Translations under genes and position numbers: made by a program
Part shown: positions 1 to 9,174 of the stretch, piece after piece
How the letters are laid out: every line of letters begins with the position of its first letter
Position numbering within the stretch: the first letter of the stretch is position 1
Assembly (NCBI GenBank): GCA_024231695.1
Contig: JAAEQF010000083.1
Coordinates: 588 to 64,587 of the forward strand
DNA length: 64,000 nt
From: FCB group bacterium
Lineage (GTDB): Bacteria > Zixibacteria > MSB-5A5 > GN15 > JAAZOE01
Reading direction: 5' to 3'
Notes under the pieces: generated by a model
Told to the model about the DNA's origin: nothing
What the model saw: only the letters and a program-made list of their open reading frames with translations
Databases searched by the model: none

Positions 1-591
1 TCCTCCCAGTAATCTGATTTCGGTCACCCACAGGAGGGGGGAATTATTGAGTAGTGGCTTGGCGATAACAATTCCGACGGCAGTGGTCGCCATTGCCAGC
101 GCACCATAGAACAATCCCAGCCATAAATCGCGGCGTGACAAATGGCCGCTACCCTTACGATGAGTCGCAGTTAAAACTGCCGACAGAATTAACAAAACGC
201 CGATAATCTGTAAAAACGTCAGCCTTTCGCCCAGCCAGATCATCGACATGCCGATGACAAAAGGACTATACAGACAATCTACCACTGCCGAGAGACCTGC
301 GCCAAGAAGATTAAGGCTTTTGAAAAACAGCGTGTCGGCAATCCCAATTCCCAAAGCACCACTAATTAATAGTAAAAGATAATCGTTGGTCGACGCCGAC
401 CGGGTGAGCGATTCGCCCATAATCATCACGGTTGGAATTACCAAAATGACGGCCAAGAGGTTCTTGAACAGGTTCAGGCTTAGGGGATGAACTGTTTCGC
501 CGCTTTTTTTGAAAAAAATGACTCCGATGGCCCACGTAACCGCTGTTAAGAGCGCCAGAAATTCACCGAGATTGGACGACCAGATGTTCAT
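1..591 (-). CDS. DMT/EamA family transporter (runs off the window start; partial)
   Basis: Not in the ORF track. Manual translation from ATG at 591: MNIWSSNLGEFLALLTAVTWAIGVIFFKK...SGALGIGIADTLFFKSLNLLGAG...WLGERLT..., the typical EamA pattern; open to position 1. Confidence 0.85.
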   Translation of the reverse strand, partial: MNIWSSNLGEFLALLTAVTWAIGVIFFKKSGETVHPLSLNLFKNLLAVILVIPTVMIMGESLTRSASTNDYLLLLISGALGIGIADTLFFKSLNLLGAGLSAVVDCLYSPFVIGMSMIWLGERLTFLQIIGVLLILSAVLTATHRKGSGHLSRRDLWLGLFYGALAMATTAVGIVIAKPLLNNSPLLWVTEIRLLGG

Positions 592-719
592 GATTTAAAA
601 GTACATTCTCCCCATAACCGGTGTTATTTTGATTTTGCTCAATGCATATAAGATATAAAATGTGTCGATGTCAATAACGGTGGATGATAATATGAATTTC
701 TGGGAATGGTCTTCTATAA

Positions 720-2675
720 TTATTTCTCGCGACCGTAGGATTCCATTTGTTGCCGGTCCCAATCGGATAGAGGGCGGCCTCGCAAGAAATCCTCGATCCC
801 TTCCACGATGCTTTGGGCGATTTTCCTTTGGAATTTGGCCGTTCTAAGCAGTGCCTCTTGTTCCGGGATCATCATAAAGGCGCATTCCACCAAAATGGCT
901 GGGTATTGTGTCGGCCGATTGACGGCCAGATTGCCGTAATATGAGCCAAAATCGTTCAATCCCAGATTGCGGGCCATAGCCCCTTGCACGGCATTGGCCA
1001 GCGGCTGGGAGTGAGGATGATAATAATAGGTCGAAACACCATTGTTGACAAAAGGATTTCTTCCATCGGGAAGCGCATTGTTGTGGATAGAAATAAAAAT
1101 ATCGGCCTTCTCGCGCACCGCTATTTTGGGACGGTCGTACAACGGCAGCGTCGTATCGTTTCCTCGAGTAAGGACAACCTCGGCGCCATACCCTTCAAGC
1201 TCCTCTTTCAGGCGAAGGGCAATGGCCAGATTGGCTTCTTTCTCGGTCAATCCGGTTGGACCCACGGCGCCCAGGTCGGGTGCATGCCCCGCGTCAATCA
1301 CAAAGCGAATTTCCGAAATTTCCGTATCATACCGAGGGGCTTTCTTGATATCAAGTCGAAATTGGTTATCAACGTAATAGCCGTCGTAGCCCCAAATATT
1401 TTCCTCGTTAAGATAGATCTTTAAACCATACACACCCGGCTCATCTTGAAACCAGACTATATGATCAATCAGGTCATCGCTGCTATCATACCGTATCCAA
1501 TCGGTATCCGAATCGGCGCCATACAGATACACTGTAATTGACTTTTCACGAATATTTTCCACCACCCGGAAAGCGTGCCTGTCAGAAGTGGATGCGGTAA
1601 CCCGGACATGATCCTGATAGTTTTCGGTGGCCAACCGGCTGATATACGAGTGCGGCGGAGTTTCTTCCGGCAATTCATGAATTACTACTGACGTGTCTCG
1701 AACCCAACCCTGCTGAAATTCAGAAAGCTGAAGTTTTATCCATTGTCCATCACGACCGATTATCGGGGCTTTGATTCCGGCTGGCTGATGGATGCACAAG
1801 TATCCCTTCCCCGGTCCGGTTCTAATAATGGTCAGGCTGTCTTTCGTTTCCGCAAACAAATGCCCATTAGGATCGAGGACCATGATATCGACTTGTGAAG
1901 TATCAACCAGCATCGGCCTGAGGCTGTCTGGAAAAGTGTAATTTATGGGGAAGTTGCCGGTTTCGAAAAACCGCATTAAATAGCCGGGGTCGCCAAATAA
2001 TGGCGGATGCATATGATGAATCAGTTTCAGGCTATCTGCTTCTGCTTCAGGAATAATATAGAAGCCTCGATATAGACCGCGATAAAGCATGGAATCCGGG
2101 ATCAGGCGGAGGCCAAGAGAGTCTTTCTTAAAAGCGTTAGCTTCACCATAATATGCCTTGGGAGTACCAGGTCTCATAAAGACAGTGTCGCCGACCGGCT
2201 CAATTACACAGAAAGCGCCGTTATAAAGCGCTCCCCGTAAGGAAATTTCAATTTCATCACCGGGTCTGACCCATAGAGTTCTGGAGGGATGAAATGAACC
2301 CGGCACAAAATAGAGACTATCGATTGAAATAAAAGGGAGCGGCGGTAGATTGACCGGTACTGTCACAGAATCGATCAGCCCATCTTTCTCAGCCCGAACT
2401 TCAAATTCGAATGATCCCGGATTAATCGGCACGAAAGCCAGCCATCCTCCGCCTTTATGGACATCAACCGGATGACCGTTAACCGATAAATGCGCTCCCG
2501 GTTCAACCGAACCGAAAATAAAAGTTGAATCGACGGGCGGAAGGTTTTGATCCGATTTAGGATAGACGACATTGAGATTCAGTTCACCAGCTTCCACGAC
2601 AACACCAAGCAGGAGAAATACAACCAGACCCATAAAATGTCTATGCCAGCGATACACCATGACCATACCCATCAA
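720..2675 (-). CDS. N-acetylmuramoyl-L-alanine amidase (Amidase_3) with N-terminal Ig/SH3/AMIN-like regions, exported
   Basis: C-terminal motifs VIDAGH, EKEANL, ISIHNNA, ILVEC; hydrophobic N-terminus. True start may be ATG at 2633. Confidence 0.9.
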   Translation of the reverse strand: MMGMVMVYRWHRHFMGLVVFLLLGVVVEAGELNLNVVYPKSDQNLPPVDSTFIFGSVEPGAHLSVNGHPVDVHKGGGWLAFVPINPGSFEFEVRAEKDGLIDSVTVPVNLPPLPFISIDSLYFVPGSFHPSRTLWVRPGDEIEISLRGALYNGAFCVIEPVGDTVFMRPGTPKAYYGEANAFKKDSLGLRLIPDSMLYRGLYRGFYIIPEAEADSLKLIHHMHPPLFGDPGYLMRFFETGNFPINYTFPDSLRPMLVDTSQVDIMVLDPNGHLFAETKDSLTIIRTGPGKGYLCIHQPAGIKAPIIGRDGQWIKLQLSEFQQGWVRDTSVVIHELPEETPPHSYISRLATENYQDHVRVTASTSDRHAFRVVENIREKSITVYLYGADSDTDWIRYDSSDDLIDHIVWFQDEPGVYGLKIYLNEENIWGYDGYYVDNQFRLDIKKAPRYDTEISEIRFVIDAGHAPDLGAVGPTGLTEKEANLAIALRLKEELEGYGAEVVLTRGNDTTLPLYDRPKIAVREKADIFISIHNNALPDGRNPFVNNGVSTYYYHPHSQPLANAVQGAMARNLGLNDFGSYYGNLAVNRPTQYPAILVECAFMMIPEQEALLRTAKFQRKIAQSIVEGIEDFLRGRPLSDWDRQQMESYGREK

Positions 2676-3642
2676 TAGTATTCAATAACCCATCGGAGTA
2701 TTCAAGTCCGGTAAACGGATCACCCTCGACCAACAGCCTGCCATCGAGATCTATGTAATCAACCGGGCCCGAAAGATTATATGCGGCGGCGATGCCCACC
2801 GAAGATTCAATCATACAGCCGAGCATTATTCTTAGATTCAATTTCAGGGCCGTCCTCATCGCCTCCACTGCCGTTTCCAGTCGCCCCGATTTTTGAATCT
2901 TGATATTCACTCCGTCTATATAATTGGATGCCTTTTCCATATCATCGGCTGTTACAATCGATTCATCCATAAAAAGCGGTATGTCAGACATTTCTCTTAA
3001 TTTCAGCCAGGCCTTCTTGTCATCGGCGGCAAAAGGCTGTTCGATCAGTTCGATTCTATCGACAGGCAATTGGTCGATAATCTTTTTAGCATCGTCAGTT
3101 GTCCAACTTCCATTGGCGTCGATACGAAACCTTGTATCTTCGCTTGATGAAATAAGCCTGATTACTTCCCGGCAATCATCCGTATCAGCATCCATCTTGA
3201 CTTTGACAATTCCGTACTCGGCTGCAATCAGTCTTTCCAGTTCAAGCCGGTCCCCGACCGAAGCCGTAATTGAAGTCTTTTTCGGATAGGGCCGAGGTAA
3301 ACCCAAATCTGCATAAAGCCCCTGGCCATGAGATTTGCATTTATAGTCATGCCAGGCGGTGGATAAGGCGCACATGGCCGGTGGGCAAATTTCTTTTTCA
3401 ATGTCCGATAAATATTTGTCTAAATCGCTCGATTCCATATTTTTCGATATGCCCGAAATTGCCTTGATCAAATCGCTTTCGATCTTCTCGGCCGAAGCCC
3501 CATAATGCACCGATCCGGCCGCTTCACCCAGTCCGAGATCATTAAGAATGACTACATAATTTCTCTTTTGCCGGGTCCGGCCTCCGGCCACGACAAATTC
3601 ACGGATAAGCGTCAGGTCGATAGGCATCAGCTTGCAGGTCAT
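2641..3642 (-). CDS. L-Ala-D/L-Glu dipeptide epimerase (enolase superfamily, YkfB/YcjG-like)
   Basis: KVK, RIDAN, IEQP, DES, NIK, GCM and the DLD motif typical of dipeptide epimerases; adjacent to an NlpC/P60 gene. Confidence 0.85.
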   Translation of the reverse strand: MTCKLMPIDLTLIREFVVAGGRTRQKRNYVVILNDLGLGEAAGSVHYGASAEKIESDLIKAISGISKNMESSDLDKYLSDIEKEICPPAMCALSTAWHDYKCKSHGQGLYADLGLPRPYPKKTSITASVGDRLELERLIAAEYGIVKVKMDADTDDCREVIRLISSSEDTRFRIDANGSWTTDDAKKIIDQLPVDRIELIEQPFAADDKKAWLKLREMSDIPLFMDESIVTADDMEKASNYIDGVNIKIQKSGRLETAVEAMRTALKLNLRIMLGCMIESSVGIAAAYNLSGPVDYIDLDGRLLVEGDPFTGLEYSDGLLNTIDGYGHGVSLA

Positions 3643-4430
3643 GGAATTATCCTGCGGGCGAATTCGAAGCCACGGTCCAAATCGGGACGATAATTCGGCG
3701 CTTCGGAATCGAAGGAATCGATGACTGTCATACCTCTCTGAGCCGAGGCATGAATAAATCTATTTCCGCCGCAGGAGAGGGCCACATGACCGGGGAAAAA
3801 GAGTAAATCACCGGCTCTAACTGAATCGCGTTTCACGGCAATGCCCTCCCGTCGCTGATCACGGCTATCGCGAGCCAGTTCCAATCCATGAAAACGGTAA
3901 ACCATCTGCACCAATCCGCTGCAATCGATACCGGCCGGACTGATTCCACCCCATAGATATGGTGTTCCAAGGAAAATCCGACTTGTATTTATTATTATTC
4001 TTCCGCTGATTTTCCGGTTTTTGCCTACCTGCATTTTCAGGGCACTTTGGCTGATCCTGACCATGCCTCCGCCGGGCATCTCAAAACGAGTTTCTCCCGC
4101 GCTGGAGCTGACAATCAGTTCCGTCCCCAAATAAAGCAGGAATTGATCCTTCGGGCCGTAAACCGGGCCGCGTACCCGGACGGATGCAGCCTTAACGCGA
4201 ATTTTCCGTCGTTTGGCATATTGGGCCAATCGATTTTTTGTTACCGGCTCAATATGTCCACTGCGGCACCAGCCCCTGTAACCTTCCGGCAGAACAACTC
4301 GGGAAAAGCCTTTTTGTGTCGAACCGATCTTCACCGGAGTCCCGAAAAGAGCTTGACTTAATCTTTCTTGGGCTGAATCGGGACCGGATCTCAAATCGGT
4401 GACCGGAATTTTGATAATACCATATTGCAT
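3639..4430 (-). CDS. SH3 + NlpC/P60 peptidase (YkfC-like gamma-D-glutamyl-diamino acid peptidase)
   Basis: TPYLWGG, DCSG, GHV, IHAS catalytic motifs; N-terminal SQALFG SH3-like segment. Start moved to ATG 4430 behind AAGGGG; no signal peptide. Confidence 0.85.
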   Translation of the reverse strand: MQYGIIKIPVTDLRSGPDSAQERLSQALFGTPVKIGSTQKGFSRVVLPEGYRGWCRSGHIEPVTKNRLAQYAKRRKIRVKAASVRVRGPVYGPKDQFLLYLGTELIVSSSAGETRFEMPGGGMVRISQSALKMQVGKNRKISGRIIINTSRIFLGTPYLWGGISPAGIDCSGLVQMVYRFHGLELARDSRDQRREGIAVKRDSVRAGDLLFFPGHVALSCGGNRFIHASAQRGMTVIDSFDSEAPNYRPDLDRGFEFARRIIP

Positions 4431-4610
4431 ATCTGATCTATACCCCTTAACCTGGTTCAGGGCAATAAAAAACCGATCTGAGGAAGTACTGATATTGGTC
4501 ACTTTTTCTGAACAGTAACGCCGATTTCTGTTGAATTTCTCGAATTTCGTATTATATTTACTCGGTTGTGAAAATATTCACAAATGACGATTGTGAAAGT
4601 GAGGTTATAG

Positions 4611-5855
4611 ATGGCAACAGTTCGACCTTTCCGAGGACTTCGGCCACGGCCGGAAGCGGCCGCCGAAGTGGCCTCACCTCCATACGATGTCTTAAGCGCA
4701 CAGGAAGCGCGAATGATAGCCCTGAACAATCCCAATTCCTTTCTGCGCGTAAATAAGGCCGAACTCGAATTTGATGAAAGCACCGATCCTTACGGCGAAG
4801 AAGTTTATCGCCGGGGCAAGGAAAACCTGAATCGCCTGCATACGGAAGGCATGATGTTGCGCGAGGAAAAACCGGCTTTTTATCTGTATCGTCTGACTAT
4901 GAACGGCAAAAGTCAGACCGGGCTGGCCACGCTGACCTCGGTCGAAGAATATAATCAGGGGTTGATTAAAAAGCATGAACATACCCGTCCGGAGAAGGTT
5001 AGTGATCGAGCCAACCATATCTCCTTTCTCGAGGCGCAAGTAGGACCCGTGTTTTCCACTTTCAAACACAATGATCAAATTGACAGCCAGTTCAAAAAGA
5101 TCATGGGCAGTTCCCCGACCACAGATTTTGTGGCCGACGATGGCATTCGCCATGAATTTTGGGTGATCGACCGGGATGATGCGATAAAGGAAATTATCGA
5201 CGCCTTCGCGGCCATGAAAGAATTATACATCGCTGACGGTCATCATCGCAGTGCCGCGGCGGCCGAAATCTGTCGCCGCCAACGCGCAAGTAATCCCGAT
5301 CATACCGGCGAAGAACCGTATAACTTTTTCCTCAATGTCCTGTTCGCCGACCGCGAACTGAACATCCTCCCCTATAATCGAGTGATCACCGAATTGAATA
5401 ATATGTCGCTCGATCAGGTATTGGAAAAAGCGGCCGAGAAATTTGAAATTACACCGGTTGAAGGCGAGATTACCCCCGACACAATTCATCATTTTGGCCT
5501 GTATGCTGAGGGCAAATGGTACAAACTGGTTGCTCGCCCGGATAGTTTCGATTCGGCCAGTGTTACCGGATCAATTGATACCTCGGTTTTGGCCGACAAT
5601 CTGATCTCTCCGATTCTGGGTATCGACAATCCCAAAACCGACAAACGGATTGACTTCATCGGAGGAATTCGCGGTACCAAGGAATTGGTCAAACTGGTTG
5701 ATTCCAAGAAATTTAGAATTGCTTTTTCACTATATCCAACCTCAATACAACAGCTTCTTGACGTAGCCGATGCCGGCGAGGTAATGCCGCCGAAATCGAC
5801 GTGGTTTGAGCCGAAACTTAGAAGTGGCATGGTTGTAAACATGTTAACCGAATAA
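4611..5855 (+). CDS. DUF1015 family protein (serine-pathway associated)
   Basis: PFRGLRP, SPPYDV, IKKHEHT, YIADGHHR, MPPKSTWFEPKL motifs; first gene of a run with serA and serC. Confidence 0.9.
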   Translation: MATVRPFRGLRPRPEAAAEVASPPYDVLSAQEARMIALNNPNSFLRVNKAELEFDESTDPYGEEVYRRGKENLNRLHTEGMMLREEKPAFYLYRLTMNGKSQTGLATLTSVEEYNQGLIKKHEHTRPEKVSDRANHISFLEAQVGPVFSTFKHNDQIDSQFKKIMGSSPTTDFVADDGIRHEFWVIDRDDAIKEIIDAFAAMKELYIADGHHRSAAAAEICRRQRASNPDHTGEEPYNFFLNVLFADRELNILPYNRVITELNNMSLDQVLEKAAEKFEITPVEGEITPDTIHHFGLYAEGKWYKLVARPDSFDSASVTGSIDTSVLADNLISPILGIDNPKTDKRIDFIGGIRGTKELVKLVDSKKFRIAFSLYPTSIQQLLDVADAGEVMPPKSTWFEPKLRSGMVVNMLTE

Positions 5856-5875
5856 CAGAGACAAGGTGGTATAAT

Positions 5876-6763
5876 ATGTTGATATTACTTTCCGATGCGT
5901 TCGACGCCGGTCTTCCCGGTAAGTTGAAAAAGTATGGTGAGGTCACCGACGACAAGAGCCGTCTGGCTGATGTCGAAGTCGTTTTGATCCGCAGTAAGAC
6001 CAAAGTTACCAGAGAATACATCGATTCCGCACCCAAGCTGAAACTGGTTATCCGCGGCGGTGTTGGACTGGACAATGTGGACCTCGACTACGCCAAGGAA
6101 AAAGGGATCATCGTTCACAATACAGCAGCAGCTTCTTCCATCGCCGTGGCCGAACTGGCATTTGCCCTTATGATCGCCTTGCCCAATCATCTACCTAAGG
6201 CCGACCATACCATGCATGACGGCAAATGGATGAAAAAGGAGCTCAAGCGCACTGAACTTTATGGCAAAAAACTGGGTATTCTGGGCATGGGCCGAATCGG
6301 AACCGAAATTGGCCAGCGAGCCAAGGCCTTCGGCATGTCCGTTATCGCTTACGATCCTTTCGTGGAAAAATCAAATGTGGCCGAAATGAAAAGCGATATC
6401 AAGGAACTATTGGGTGAGTCTGACTATATTTCCCTGAATATGCCCTTGACCGAAGAGACTAACGGGTTAATCAATAAAGAATCTCTGGCCGGTTGCAAAG
6501 ACGGCGCTTTTGTGATCAACAGCGGGCGTGGTAAATGCGTAGTTGAGGAAGATGTTGTTGAAGCGCTTAAAAGTGGAAAACTGGCCGGGTTCGCCACCGA
6601 TGTCTGGTATAGCGATCCCCCGGAAAACTCGCCGCTTTTGAATGCGCCCAATGTCATCATGGCCCCGCATATCGGCGCCTCGACCAAGGAAAACCTGTTA
6701 CGCATTGGCGAGATTATCGACGATTTAATCGGGAAATATGTCGCCGAGTTCCACGGCAAGTAA
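5876..6763 (+). CDS. serA: Short (ACT-less) D-3-phosphoglycerate dehydrogenase / D-2-hydroxyacid dehydrogenase
   Basis: RGGVGLDNVD, GMGRIG Rossmann motif, INSGRG, APHIGAST; lies between DUF1015 and serC. Confidence 0.8.
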   Translation: MLILLSDAFDAGLPGKLKKYGEVTDDKSRLADVEVVLIRSKTKVTREYIDSAPKLKLVIRGGVGLDNVDLDYAKEKGIIVHNTAAASSIAVAELAFALMIALPNHLPKADHTMHDGKWMKKELKRTELYGKKLGILGMGRIGTEIGQRAKAFGMSVIAYDPFVEKSNVAEMKSDIKELLGESDYISLNMPLTEETNGLINKESLAGCKDGAFVINSGRGKCVVEEDVVEALKSGKLAGFATDVWYSDPPENSPLLNAPNVIMAPHIGASTKENLLRIGEIIDDLIGKYVAEFHGK

Positions 6764-6788
6764 ACGCAAACAAGGAGATATAAATAGA

Positions 6789-7877
6789 ATGACCCATAGA
6801 GTCTTCAACTTCAACGCCGGTCCCTCGACTCTGCCTCTGGACGTACTCAAAATCGTCCATGAGGAATTACTCGACTATCGCGGCTCCGGCATGTCGATCA
6901 TGGAAAGCTCGCACCGCTCTCCCGAATTCGATGCCATCAACAATGAGGCTATGTCTCTGGTTAAGGAACTTTTGGGCCTGGGTGATAATTTCCAGGTAAT
7001 GTTCCTGACCGGCGGGGCATCATCACAATTCGCCATGATCCCGATGAATTTCCTCGGTCCCGATCAGGTGGGAGCCTATGTCGATACCGGCACCTGGTCA
7101 ACCAAGGCCATCAAGGAATGTGAGATACAAGGCAAGATGCATCTGGCTGCCTCTTCCAAAGACGCCGGCTTTACCCATATACCCGCTCCGGCTGAAATCA
7201 CCTATCCTGACAACGCCGCTTACCTGCATATCACTTCCAACAACACCATTAAGGGCACACAGTATCATCAGTTTCCTGATACCGGTAATGTTCCTTTAAT
7301 CTGTGACATGTCTTCCGATATAGCCTCGCGCAGAATCGATTACAGCAAATTCTCCTACATCTACGCCGGGGCCCAGAAGAACCTCGGCCCGTCAGGCGTC
7401 ACTTTGGGTGTTATCCGTGACGACTTGTTGGCTCGATGCAAAACTGGCCTGCCGACTATGCATTCCTACAAAACCCATGTCGAGAAGAAATCACTTTTCA
7501 ATACTCCTCCCTCTTTCGGTATTTACATCATGAAACTGGTTTTGGAGTGGATTAAGGGTCAGGGCGGTCTGGAAGCGGTGGAAAAGATCAATCGGACCAA
7601 GAAGGATATCATTTATGGCCTGATGGACGAGCATCCCGATTTCTTCAAAGGCACCGCCGAAACTGCCAGTCGTAGCTGGATGAACGTCACCATGCGTCTC
7701 CCTAACGAAGATATGGAAAAGGCATTTATCGCCGAAGCCAAAGAATCCGGCTTTGTCGGTATCAAAGGTCATCGTTCTGTCGGTGGTGTCCGTTTTTCCA
7801 TGTACAACGCTATGCCGCTTGAAGGTGTTAAAAAGGCTGGCGAGTTTATGGAAACCTTCCGTAAAGCCAACCAGTAA
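6789..7877 (+). CDS. serC: Phosphoserine aminotransferase
   Basis: FNFNAGPSTLP, SHRS, CDMSS, AGAQKNLGP, GHRSVGG; RBS AAGGAG before ATG 6789. Confidence 0.97.
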   Translation: MTHRVFNFNAGPSTLPLDVLKIVHEELLDYRGSGMSIMESSHRSPEFDAINNEAMSLVKELLGLGDNFQVMFLTGGASSQFAMIPMNFLGPDQVGAYVDTGTWSTKAIKECEIQGKMHLAASSKDAGFTHIPAPAEITYPDNAAYLHITSNNTIKGTQYHQFPDTGNVPLICDMSSDIASRRIDYSKFSYIYAGAQKNLGPSGVTLGVIRDDLLARCKTGLPTMHSYKTHVEKKSLFNTPPSFGIYIMKLVLEWIKGQGGLEAVEKINRTKKDIIYGLMDEHPDFFKGTAETASRSWMNVTMRLPNEDMEKAFIAEAKESGFVGIKGHRSVGGVRFSMYNAMPLEGVKKAGEFMETFRKANQ

Positions 7878-7900
7878 TTCGATTATAGAATATGATGAAT

Positions 7901-7940
7901 AAAAAAAGTCGGGACCGGTTAAAACCGGTTCCGACTTTTC
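7901..7940. terminator. Bidirectional intrinsic terminator between convergent serC and aminotransferase genes
   Basis: AAAAGTCGGGACCGGTT-AA-AACCGGTTCCGACTTTT inverted repeat with A/T tracts on both sides. Confidence 0.85.
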
Positions 7941-7962
7941 TATTTATGGCTTATGCGACCGC

Positions 7963-9153
7963 TTAGTTGCTTTTAACCGGCGCCTTAAGCAGGGCAGGCA
8001 TCGCCTCTTTGAGTCGATTGATAGCTTTGTAAATGTTTTCGATCGAGTTGGCGTAGGAGAAACGTAGATAACCCTCGCCCTCTGCCCCAAATGCTGTCCC
8101 GGATAACCCGGCTATACCCAGTTCATTAAGCAGATATTCGGACAACTCGAGTGATTTCCAGCCTGTTTTTTTGATATTTGGCCAGACATAGAATGCGCCA
8201 TGCGGTTTGGTACAGCAGAAGCCCTCAATCTGATTGAGTCCTTCGATGAAGACATCGCGCCGTTTACGGAATTCCGTGACCATTTTCCCGGGATCGGTTT
8301 GATCACCACTCAACGCCTCAATCGTCGCCTTTTGGACAAAAGAAGTGGCACAGGATGTTATATTGGTCTGCATACGGATGACGCCCTGGGCCAATGCTTT
8401 GGGCATTAGGCCCCAACCCAACCGCCAGCCACACATGGCATAGACTTTGGAGAGACCGTCCATAACGATCACCCGTTCCTGCTTACCGTCGAATTGTGAA
8501 ATCGAAGCGTATTCAACGTCATAGATGATGCGCGAATAGATCTCGTCGGTCATAATCAGGAAATCATGATCGCAGGCCAGTCTATAAATACGCTCGACGT
8601 CATCGTGGGTTAAGACGCCTCCAGTCGGATTCTGAGGACTGTTGATAATCAGAATCCTGGTTTTGGAGGTAATCAGTTTCTCCAATTCGGAAATATCCAG
8701 CCGGAATTCATTTTCCTCGCGCAGCGGAATAGGTACGGCTTTGGCGCCGGAATAGTCGATAACCGATTTGTAGATAGGGTACCCAGGATCGGGATAGATC
8801 ACTTCGTCGCCATCTTCGACCAGCATCATTATAAGCGAGTACATGATTTCTTTGCTTCCGGGCGTAACCACGATCTGATCGGGATCATAAGTCACTCCGC
8901 GGAGTTTGGCGTAGTACTCCGAGATGGCCGCACGGACATCCGGCATGCCGGCCGGAGCGGTGTAATGAGTGAATCCATCGTTGATAGCAGCGATGGCAGC
9001 ATCTCGTATATTCCTGGGCGTATCAAAATCTGGTTCACCGATTTGCAGATGAACCACCTCAATCCCCTTCTCTCTTTCCAGCCTTTGAGCTCGAGCCAGG
9101 ATTTCGAAAGCGGATTCAGTGCCCAAGCGAGACATTCTTTTTGCAAACTTCAT
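7963..9153 (-). CDS. PLP-dependent aminotransferase class I/II (aspartate aminotransferase-like)
   Basis: IGEPDF, NSPQNPTG, TDEIY, SKVYAMCGWRLG, YLRFSYA. Confidence 0.92.
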   Translation of the reverse strand: MKFAKRMSRLGTESAFEILARAQRLEREKGIEVVHLQIGEPDFDTPRNIRDAAIAAINDGFTHYTAPAGMPDVRAAISEYYAKLRGVTYDPDQIVVTPGSKEIMYSLIMMLVEDGDEVIYPDPGYPIYKSVIDYSGAKAVPIPLREENEFRLDISELEKLITSKTRILIINSPQNPTGGVLTHDDVERIYRLACDHDFLIMTDEIYSRIIYDVEYASISQFDGKQERVIVMDGLSKVYAMCGWRLGWGLMPKALAQGVIRMQTNITSCATSFVQKATIEALSGDQTDPGKMVTEFRKRRDVFIEGLNQIEGFCCTKPHGAFYVWPNIKKTGWKSLELSEYLLNELGIAGLSGTAFGAEGEGYLRFSYANSIENIYKAINRLKEAMPALLKAPVKSN

Positions 9154-9174
9154 GCCTTGAACCCTTTATTCTAT

